Part shown: positions 53,801 to 64,000 of the stretch, piece by piece
Numbering within the stretch: position 1 is the stretch's first letter
Layout: each line of letters opens with the position of its first letter
Assembly (NCBI GenBank): GCA_050084985.1
Contig: JBITNC010000002.1
Location: 38,874,001-38,938,000, forward strand
Origin: Nageia nagi
Lineage: Eukaryota > Plantae > Pinophyta
Direction of reading: 5' to 3'
Length of the DNA stretch: 64,000 nt
Program-made: the position numbers and the translations under genes
The notes under the pieces: model-generated
Databases searched by the model: none
Told to the model about the DNA's origin: nothing
Seen by the model: only the letters and a program-made list of their open reading frames with translations

Positions 53801-56800
53801 TTCTATGAATATATAATATTGTTCATTATTGATGTCATTTTTTAATTTTCTGCTATTATAGAGTAAAGAGTTGGAGAAGGAAGCACATGAATCGCAAAAA
53901 TGAAAGGAGAAATATTTGAAGTAAACAAAGAACATTTAGTGAATAATAAATTATTTTAGTGGGGTTACAAGTATTGAGGTACTTTGACATAAAGAGAGTT
54001 GAACAACTCTGATGTATACTTTGCTCTTGGTTTTATTAGGATTAATGAAGGGAGTGAGTCCAAGTTTGTTAATTTCAAACCATGATTAATACTACTACCA
54101 GTTACTTTTTGGGCATTGGCACCTTAAAATACATTAAGTGCAAATTGGATGAGATGCCCATAGCTTACCTTAATAATTAAGTTAGTGAATAGTGTGATCA
54201 CTTCCACTTCTACACTGATAGTAAAATCAATGAGATGTAAAAAATACCCTTGTTAGTAGGGTGCTTTTATAGCCATCACCATCAACATATTAACCACTGC
54301 ATCACACTACTTCTACATCAACTATTTAACTTTTCTCTTACCATTTTTAATCTCAACTCCCATCTCTCCTTCCATCTGATTATTAAATTGCCTACCAAAG
54401 AGTAAAATACTACTAATAGGGGCATCTCATTCTCTTAATCATTTTCCTTTCTAGTTTCTATTTTCTCCTCCAAAAAATTGATAGGTCTGGTAGAAGAGCA
54501 ACCTCTTGTGTTGACCTACCATAAGGGTTTTTGCAGATGAAGAGGAGGAAGAAATTTTTGAGGATGAAGAGATCAATTTGGGGGTAGAGAAAATGATGTC
54601 CAAGATAAAGATTTAAACTTGGCACCTAATTTTTATTTCCCTGTTAGAAAATTATTGAATTTTTGAATGACTTGTTGGAAACTTATTTATTAATTAATTA
54701 AATACATATTAAATAAATGTTTTGATTATGTTATCTCTTTTAATAAAAAATAACTCTTAACATCAAAGACAATAATTATTAATCTACAAGGGTGGAGAGT
54801 CGAAATGTAGCATCATCTATTCGATCATAAATATTTGCAAGATTATTTTAATTTTATTAAAATTTTAATAGAAAGCTAACTATATTAATTTTAATAAATA
54901 TTTTTTATATATAAATGAAATGTTTAATCAATTTTAAATCATAAAATAAAATTAATTAGAATTTACCTTTGTAACAATTTACTATATTCAAGATAGATGA
55001 ATTAAGATGTTTCTTGATATAAAAGAAATTACATCAAAGCTAGTTTATATATTTAATAAAAAAAATATTTAAATTAATGGTATGGTTCCCTTCTAATTTC
55101 TATTCTTTCAATTTGAATTTTGTTTACATATGAGTAATATAAAATCACATTAAAAAGGCATCTAAGCATAGGCATTTGAAGAACACTCTTTGTCTATTAT
55201 TATAATTTTATGTTTCTTATCATTTTACTAGTTTATCAATTTGCTAACACTGCTAATATGTATTATCATATCATAATAATTCTTATTAGGTCATAATAGA
55301 TAGTTGATCAACATTTTATATGATTAAAAATCAATAATATTGAATATAGAAATCTATCTCTACTCCCTTCGTATTTAAATAGATTATCACCCTAATCCTA
55401 AGAAACAGTACAATTTTACAAAATTTTCTATAATATGATCCAATAAGATTATTCTCTTATCTAAATCCTCATTTTCTTTCCATGTAGCATTCAGCTCATC
55501 TCTATATATGTAAAACATTTAGATTGTCTTTATGCCATTATAAATAAAAAAAAAATGCTTTATAAATCATTCTTTATTTAACTTGTATATTGATTAATTA
55601 GACAAAAAAAATAAGGATTTAACTCTTAAATAAGAACACTAGTTGATAAGACAAACCTCAACCATTTCTATTTGGAGATGACTTTTAGATTAAATTTTAT
55701 TATTAAATATCTAAAGTAAACTTGATCAAAATAAATATTAACAAAAATATTAAAATTAAACAAATACTATTCAAGATTTATACCAAAATAGATCTAAATA
55801 AAAGTTGAGGAGTTAAAAGAATCAAAATTTAACAAGTACAACTAAAAGGACATTATTTTTTTTTTTCAATTTGACAAATGATAGAATGATAGTCACACTC
55901 CATCTTAATTGATTAATTGAGATTGAATGGCTAATATGTAACCATAGGAAGGAAATTATAGTTTATACGTCAATCAGTTATTAACCTTCAATGGGTAGAT
56001 TTTACATTAAATAATCTCATGTTATTATAGTTTTATGTTATGAAATGAAATGAAATTTGATTAATGTCTACAATAGGTCAAAATGTGACTCAACTGATTG
56101 AGAAAATAGTACACTTGGAAACTAGAAGCAAGTAAAGAGGCCAAAAGATCTCAAATAAAGAGAAAATAGAAAGGAAAAATGAAAAAAAAAAAAAATTAAC
56201 ATTGAGAGGAGACCAATAGAGATCTATGGGATATAGCTTTTAGGACTATGCCAAAAATTGAGAAATAAAAAAATAAAAAAAAAATTAGTAGAATATGTTG
56301 CACAAAAATGAGGAATCATCTAAAAGATGGATTCTCTCTTAATCTGGTAGTGTATGATGTTGATGAATCATTGCTAAAAAATCATGTTGACAAGTCATTG
56401 CTAAAAAAATCATTGATCTAGAGTACAAACGATCTACGTGTACATTGTTTAGTGTTGATATGTAGATGATTTAATGCTTGTCATGTTAGACCAATATCCT
56501 TATCCCCTTGATCTATTAATGCTTGTGAAATAAATTGTGATAAGAGATTTTATTACATAGTCAATTTTTATATAATATAATTTTTCATTTTATTTTTACT
56601 TTATTAAAAACCTTAAGAATAAATAACCAATTACTTGAATTTTAAAATCTAATTATAATATTTGCATTAATTATTCATAAATTAAAAATAGTTAATATAT
56701 TTTATTTTAAATTTTCATTATTTATATACATTAAAATTTAAAAAATGGGCAACATATTATAAAAATATTCTTACCCATATACTTCATTCAAAAGATACAT

Positions 56801-57631
56801 CATTTATAAATGAATAGCATATATATCTTCATTCTTTTCTTATAAAAGTAGGCAGTTGAGTTTTTTAAAGCTCCTCAACCTTTTACAATAGTCCATAAAA
56901 AATTTAATGGGTTTTACAATGCTCTAAGTAGCATCAAAATTAAGCCAAAAACTCAAAATTTTAGAGACTCTCTAACAAATTGGCCTGACAAACCTAAATA
57001 TCTGAAAGGAATACAACACCTTCACTCAAATCTCAAGGAAAATAAAAAACTCTTGGAAGATATTCTACCTCTGAAGACAAAGCTCATCTCTCTCTATATA
57101 TATGCTTGGATTCCTCCACCCAACCAAATAGAGGGTAGTTTGTCTAAAGCATTCCTGAAGCCTAAGTTTGCTGCAATATTTTCCACTCACATTTCTGGCC
57201 ATATGTGAAGTTTTTATATATTGTCGAGTTTTCTAGATATGTTGCTTTGTCTTAGTATTGGTAAGAAAAAAGCCCATGGCATACTTCACAAGCATTTTAA
57301 ATCAACCTCCGTGTCTCTCTGCAATTCTCCTGATGCAGTTGTCATTTAAAAAACTGCCTCTTAGGCAATGCACTGGAAGTTCTATTGGTGATTTTGTGGA
57401 CAACTTGGCTTCAAAAGCTTTGACATGAAAGAAAAGGACCTATTTATTTTTTTACTATTTTACGATTAAGGAAATGTGTTGGATGGTGAAATTAATGGTT
57501 ATAAATTCGTCGGTGGAAACTGGAATGTGAATACCTTGACGATTTCTGCCACCGAACTCAACGGAAATTCTCCAGTCATCGTAATAATTTTCAAACATAC
57601 AGATCTATTCTTACGCACATGTTTTAGATTT

Positions 57632-57863
57632 CTTCGTTGTCATCTTTATTTATTGTATTACTTCGTTCTACGTAGAACATAGTTTTTATCCAAGAAGTTT
57701 CTGTTGGTAAGAATTTGAATTGTCTATCCTATGTTTAGGCCTATAAACTTCGTTATCATCTTTATTTATTGTATTACTTCGTTCTACGTAGAACATAGTT
57801 TGTACTCAAGAAGTTTCTGTGGGTAAGAATTTGAATCGTCTATCCTATGTTTAGGTCTATAAA
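57632..57863 (+). repeat. 116-bp tandem duplication in the dioxygenase promoter
   Basis: 57632-57747 and 57748-57863 are near-identical. Each carries the palindrome GTTCTACGTAGAAC and ends CTATAAA. Confidence 0.95.
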
Positions 57864-57925
57864 TAGAGGCGGCGAATCTTCAAGTTTCATGAGAATTTCG
57901 TACTCTTGTTTTTCTGTTATAAATA
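57858..57925 (+). promoter_or_regulatory. Candidate TATA boxes TATAAATA at 57858-65 and 57918-25
   Basis: Consensus TATAAATA about 150 and 90 nt upstream of ATG 58010. Confidence 0.55.
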
Positions 57926-58009
57926 TAGTCCGCAAGTCTCCGATTTTCATTAAAGGATTTCCTGGGATTTTATCTGCATTCTGTTATAGGTTTATTTTAT
58001 TTTTCATCA

Positions 58010-59518
58010 ATGGAATCAATTGATTTTAACAGGACTTTGCCCAACTGGGGAAAGTCTTTTATTAAAGTTGAGGGTATTGATGAAATTGCAAAAAACCAAC
58101 TACAAGAAGTAGCGGATAGATACATAAGGAGTGTCGAGGAGAGACCATCGCCACCCGGAACCACAGTTTGCGATCACGACGTAAACTTACCAGTGATTGA
58201 CATGGCAAAAATTACTGACCCACGACAGAGACAACAAGAGATTAGTAGGCTTGCGAAGGCTTGCCAAGAATGGGGTTTCTTTCAGGCACGTTCTGAACTT
58301 TTAAAAATTGATTTTAGTACTCAACGATGGTCTCTCTTTCATGCATCGTTGATCTTAGAATACCGTATGGAACAATATAGGCAGTAGAAATTTTTAATAA
58401 TAATATTGAGGTCGATGTTTTCCCAGATTGTCAATCATGGTGTTTCCCATTCACTAATGGTAAGAATGAAAAGACTTGGTAAAGAGTTTTTTGAGCAACC
58501 AAAGGAGGAGAAAGAGAGGTATGCTGTGAGACAAAGTGATCTGCAAGGCTATGGGCAAACCTTCGTTATCTCTGAATATCAGAAGTTGGATTGGGGCAAT
58601 ATATTGGGGCTAATAATGTCCTCCACAGAACTCAAAGACCTTAGCATGTGGCCAACTATTACTAATTTCAGGTAATCATGCATACCATAGATAAGCATAA
58701 ACTAGGACATAATATTATTGTTTGCCTGCTCAAATGAAATTTTATGCTTTGAAGGTATTAATATTATTCACTATTGTTTAGTGAAGATAAGGAAGATTTC
58801 ATTAAAAAAAAACTAATTATGTAGATTGGATGTGATTTTACAGGGAAAGTGTGGAGGCATATAATGCTGAAATCAGAGGACTTGCTGAAAAACTGATGGC
58901 TTTGATAGCTGAGACATTGCAGTTGTCATCTGACTTCTTTGATAAGAGATTTTGCAATATGTACCAAAAGATGAGGATGAATTTCTATCCTCCATGCTTG
59001 AGGCCAGATCTTGTCTTAGGTTTAAGTGCACATGCTGACATGCTTGGCCTCACACTACTGCTCCAAGATGATGAGGTTGAAGGATTACAAATCCACAAGG
59101 ATGATCAATGGATAACTGTGCCACCAATTCCTTATGCTTTAGTTATCAACATTGGAAACTTGATAGAGGTAAATATTCCTTCAAAGGCTCTTTTCCTTTT
59201 AGCTTCAAATTCTGAATGCTTGTGTGGTAATGTTGTGGAGATGGTTGTGCAGGTTATGACAAATGGAAGATACAAGAGCATTGAACACCGAGCAGTAACA
59301 AATAAGGATAAAGGGAGGCTTTCAATTGCCGTGTTTTGTGCTCCTGGATTCAACGAAGAAATTGCTCCGCTGATGAACTTATTGATGAAAGTCACCCATG
59401 CTTATTTAGAAAATTCATACACCAAGATTACGCGCAAAATTATCTCTCTCGTGGAGTGGAGGGAAAGAATTCACTGTATGAATATGCTGCCATCAATAAC
59501 TCAGAGCTTATGAAGTAA
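58010..59518 (+). CDS. 2-oxoglutarate/Fe(II)-dependent dioxygenase, DOXC class (SRG1/LBO-like). Exons 58010-58285, 58427-58671, 58844-59168, 59253-59518; 1-nt frameshift at ~59368
   Basis: DIOX_N motifs LPVIDM and ACQEWGFFQ|IVNHG, plus GYGQTFVISEYQKLDW, RMNFYPPC.RPDLVLGLSAHAD (HxD), NGRYKSIEHRAV (H) and RLS (RxS). Exon 2 and 3 sizes of 245 and 325 nt fit the usual DOXC layout. Introns are GC-AG, GT-AG, GT-AG. About 370 aa if the frameshift is corrected. Confidence 0.93.
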
Positions 59519-59893
59519 AAACCATTATAATTCAAGTGAGCTTTACGCGCGTCTCCTTAAATGCGCGAATTGTATGTATTTAAGGGTGGTCTGATGGTAT
59601 CATCTAACATATAGAAAGGCTTCATCATCGGGAGGCAAAATTGATAAAAAAAAATACTTGAAATTCTATTTGTTGAATCTTTGAGTGGAAATGATGAATA
59701 AAGCATTTATTTTCAATAGCTAAAACCAAAGAGCGCCTACCCTTTTTTTTAACAAGAGAATAAGTGCCTTTCTATAATTAAAAGCATATAAGTTCCGTGA
59801 GTTGGAGCTGACTCGTTAATATTAGTTGATAAATCAATACGGTTTATCAGAGCTCTTTTTCCTGCAAGTTTTTTTGGGTTTTGTGTTTTTTTT

Positions 59894-60767
59894 GAGAAAA
59901 TATCTAAAATATCTGTATAATTTCTAGTAATATTAAAAATACCACTGTAATTTTAGAAATATCAAAAATATCTCTTTCAATATACCTACCAAAATGATAC
60001 AAATATTACTCTCACTCAGCTCTCTCCTACAAGGTGCATCATCCATAAAACCCTTTTAAGTTTCTTCATTCACTTATCAATTACATCAGACTTAAACTTG
60101 CTTGACCAATGCCAGCCATATATACTGTTACAAAAGATATGATTTTCCTTGATAAGCATTGCACTGTTTCACCAAATGCAATAAACGTTAGCAGTAGTCC
60201 ATCTAGATCAATTCAGCTTTTCCAGCGTCCCCAATGCATGAACGAAGGAACCTACTTTTGAAGGGCATGAAGAGCATTATGGGAGATGTACTTCAATGTT
60301 TCTTAAGCAGCCAATGCTGCACAGATCTTGTCAACATTGTCCCATGCTTCCAAGCTTAAAGTAGATGTCTAACATACCATTCTCTGCTGCATCTTCTCAA
60401 ATAGTCCACATGGCCTTTTGTAAGCTTCAAAGAATTGAATCCTAATCGTTGTCAGCACCTACTACGCTGTTGCTGCGCCTAACATACATTTCCAGAAGGG
60501 TATTGTATGAAAATACATCCTCCATTAATCTCAGCTGGTTGTGATTGAAAATAAGAAGGTGGATATGCTTCCTCAAGTGTAAATCTTTCCCCCCAGAATG
60601 CAGACAAATCTACCCTGTCATTGAAAGGAGCATGCAACCGACTTGGGAGAGAGTGATATTCAAATTATTTTAGTAGGTAAGTTGATAAAGGCATTTTAGA
60701 TATTTCTAAAAATATTGAGACATTTTTGATATTCCTGAAAATTATAAGAATATCTTAGATATTTCCC
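59894..60767. mobile_element. Pack-MULE-like element: ~120-bp TIRs enclosing PPR-gene fragments
   Basis: Left GAGAAAATATCTAAAATATC...TACCTACCAAAATGATACAAATATTACTCTC (59894-60013) matches the reverse complement of ~60649-60767 (GGGAAATATCTAAGATATTC...TACCTACTAAAATAATTTGAATATCACTCTC). Both flanks are T-rich. The internal minus strand encodes DVFSYNTLLEMYVR, LFEKMQQR and MLDIYFKLGSM. Confidence 0.8.
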
Positions 60768-62824
60768 TTTTTTATTCCTGATTTATATAAATTTTATATA
60801 TTTATCATTTAATAGTATATAGAATTAAATTTAGTTATAGATTTTATTATTAAATTATATCACGATTTTTTTAGATATTTTTTTTTTAAGAAATGGTAAG
60901 GTTTAAATTTCAACAAATTTTTTAATGAATTAAATACTTAAATTTTTTTTTTAAATATTTTTTGTTGATAAATATTAAAATTTATCAACATTACGAAATG
61001 TTGATATATTAATATACCTACTCTGATAATTACTCTCCACATCATCTCCCACTAATATATATATTGAATTTATCAACTAAAATCAACCAATTAACAACAA
61101 CTAAGATTATGTATTTTCGTTCTATAATACCAATATAAAAGGTGCTTTATAGCTTGCCCACTTTCAATTGTTGTGATTCTATTACTCTCAAGTATTATAT
61201 AATATATATCTATCCTCTTAGATTGTGGCATCTAACTTTAACGTTATTTTTTCTGTTATCCGTTCTCTGCAAATAATGGGTTGAGATGTGTAATATTCTC
61301 AAAAACGAGATCCTCTATTGCTGATTTATATGGAATTCCTTTCAAAAGAATAATGGTAGAGTTTTCCATATGTCCTCTATTGCTAATTATATTGCTTTGA
61401 ACAGTTTAAATTCTACAAACAGAAATATAGATAGATTCCCTTTTTAAAATTAAGATTAGAAAGTTGTTGGAAGTATTATATTATAGTTTAAGTAATAATT
61501 TTATTGTTGCATATTATCTTTTTGATAAATCAAGGTAAATTTGGATTTATGAAAAAATGAAAAGTTTTGAAAGAGAATTAAGTATATCTGAATTTTACAA
61601 TCAATATATCTGGATTTTCTACAATGTTTTATGTTTGAACATTAATCGTAGATAACCTATTAACATTATATACTCTTATTTTTAGAAACATATTTAATCT
61701 TATTTTGGAACAACCTAAGCTACCCAGGTTACAGTTAGTGATTGAGATCAAATGGACAACAAGATGTAACTCAGTGATAAAGACTTTAAAAACAAAATTA
61801 CACACTATCCACAATTTTTCATTTTTATCACACATTTTGTATATTATCAAATACTTTAATTTATATTATATTTTTACTTTATTTTAATAATTAAATGTTA
61901 TTTACTTTTTTTAAAATGAAGGGTTTTAATTAATAATAATTTTATAATTTAAGTGGTATCTTTTATGTTTTTTTTTCTAGGTTAAAAATAGTAAACAATT
62001 ATTTAGTATAGGTTGATTAATATTATTTTAAAAGTAAAACTAAAACAAATCTTCTATTACTATAATGTTACACGTCAAATAGAGTTATATTATGAAAGAA
62101 AGGAATAACAATGTCATTGATAAGTAGCTTGATTTTAATAAGTTATAGCTTTCTAGTAAAGTTTATTTTTATCACACATTTTGGTCCTCTATAACATCTT
62201 TTGAGTAGATCTACAATTTGAAATAATATAGCAAATTAGATCTCTTTTAATTATTTTGCATTTTTGTATTTCTTAAAATTTGAGGTTACATTTTTTTCAT
62301 ATGCATTCATATATTACAATTCAATCTTGTAGTTTTTTGTTTTTTTGTATATCTCTAAATCATATATTATATCTTTTTTGATACTTACATATATTTTAAA
62401 TCTTTCATGTTATTTATGTGATTTTTTTTATTATATAATGAATATCATATCTATTATAAAGTATTTATAAATATCCATGATGGATCTCTTAGGATAAGTC
62501 TATCTTACATTCAATCTTTTTACATAATAATTTTCAAATTCTACATCTTCAAAGTGATGGAATGATAAACTCAAAATAAATATCCCATAATTTTTGTCTA
62601 TTCTAAAGTATCTAGAAATATCCACCTATGATCTATCATAGGATAAGTATACCCTACATCATGTATTAGATCATTCAACTATCTTAGAAGATTCTTATTT
62701 AATAATATTATTTTCTATATCTCATTACTATTTCATACAAACAATTTGGAACTAATTAGATTTAATAATTTTTAATAAAATAATATGATTTCAATAACTA
62801 TAAGTTTATCCACTTATATTACTT

Positions 62825-63432
62825 TGTGCAAGAAGAAATAAAATCATAACAGTAAATACAAATGCAAACCACTAAAGAGAGATACAATTTTACTAGGTTT
62901 ACCCAATGTAAGCTACATCCTCGGAGAAGCTTTTAGTGCTTATACCTTGAACTATTAACACCATCTAGTGATTACATCAACAATATCTTCCTATTATCTT
63001 ACTCTCAATATGCTAAGACTGATATTCACAAAGCTTGATAATAATGCATAACAAGATTGTATAGACAGATTGATATTACACACCTTTAGAAATTTCCTAC
63101 TCTCTCATGGCATTACATTCAACACAACATAATTACAATCTTCCTAGGTCCTTTATATACAATATACAAGTAATAGCAATAATATAAAAGATTATGAATA
63201 CATAAAATGCTATTAACTTGAAGATACCAAATCTATTAGCTAGGATCATAGCTACCTTCATTGCCATATAGAACTATCTTTATTTGGGTGCTCAATGAAG
63301 TACCTAATCATGGCCTCCATGTACAATCACCATATTCCATGCAATTACAAGGCACTATCCACAATACCATATCTATTTGCTCTTCGTCTCCTTTCACAGC
63401 AACATTTACATGAGACTTTGTCATTTCTTAAC
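62825..63432 (-). mobile_element. Possible Copia solo LTR
   Basis: Carries the motif ACAATTTTACTAGGTTTACCCAATGTAAGCTACATCC typical of Copia LTRs read in reverse, and ends near GAGACTTTGTCATTTCTTAAC. No clean TSD. Confidence 0.3.
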
Positions 63433-63599
63433 TTGCACCACATAATACTTGGAATATTACTACCATAAATGAATATATGTTATTTTCTTTTGTCATCTAT
63501 GTTTTCCCTACATTCTTGTTGTATTAGTAACACCCTTTAATTATAATACCACACATAATCTTAGTTTATCCAAAAAGAGTATTAGTGGAAATTCTTACT

Positions 63600-64000
63600 C
63601 CAAGTGGGTGCAAGAAGATGAGTCCGCATAAAGAGGAAGTTTTATAACTTAGAAAATTTTAAAAATATTTTTTACTTCTTAGGAATTTTGACAAAAAAAT
63701 ATATGGAGACAATGTTTAGATAATTTGCAACAAAATTAAAAAAAGAAGTTAAAAAAAATGATAACTTTAGGTCAAATTATGCATGTCGGACATGAGAATT
63801 TTTCAAAATTACAATTAGGAACCATAAAGAATTACTAAAAAAAATAATATTCATGAAAGAATATCCTAGATAAGTTTCATTGTGTTAGGTATCTTTGCCC
63901 AAAAGGAATTGAAAAAATACTTTAGATTAGATCAAAATATGTGTGACGAACATGTGCATGGTATGATCCTGAAATAATATTTTGTAAATAGTGATTTTTA
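63600..64000 (+). mobile_element. TIR element (MITE-like), copy D, same subfamily as copy A, cut by the window end
   Basis: GTGGGTGCAAGAAGATGAGTCCGCATAAAGAGGAAG... is collinear with 6590-7030 (e.g. ATAACTTTAGGTCAAAT.ATGCATGT.GGACAT). Confidence 0.8.

Noticed and set aside
47950-56800. Short ORFs and weak inverted repeats in the very AT-rich stretch
   Set aside because: Low complexity, with no domain, TIR or TSD that could be supported by eye.
58286-58426. ORF-track extension ARSELLK... and the MRSMFSQ start
   Set aside because: Intron 1 sequence; homology stops at WGFFQ and resumes at IVNHG.

Overview
AT-rich, strongly CpG-depleted plant nuclear DNA, probably from a large-genome seed plant (gymnosperm-like TE complement; inference only). 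The first ~42 kb is a field of decayed, nested transposons. It includes a non-autonomous CRM-type Gypsy (20415-28892) carrying a complete antisense Copia (21859-27029, TSD AGAGG), a second full-length Copia (35494-41760), an older Gypsy fragment, three copies of one TIR (MITE-like) family (a fourth lies at the window end) and several tandem repeats. The right part holds one 4-exon 2-oxoglutarate/Fe(II) dioxygenase gene (SRG1/LBO-like, 58010-59518) with a GC-AG first intron, a duplicated promoter module and a 1-nt frameshift in exon 4. A broken 5' paralogue of that gene (~44012-44425) lies next to an endogenous caulimovirid fragment (~45240-46430), and a Pack-MULE-like element carrying PPR-gene fragments (59894-60767) lies just downstream of the gene. 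The most intriguing observations are that the nested Copia has more diverged LTRs than its Gypsy host (possible piggy-back retrotransposition), the Pack-MULE, and the virus beside the dead paralogue. All identities and counts were made by eye and are approximate.
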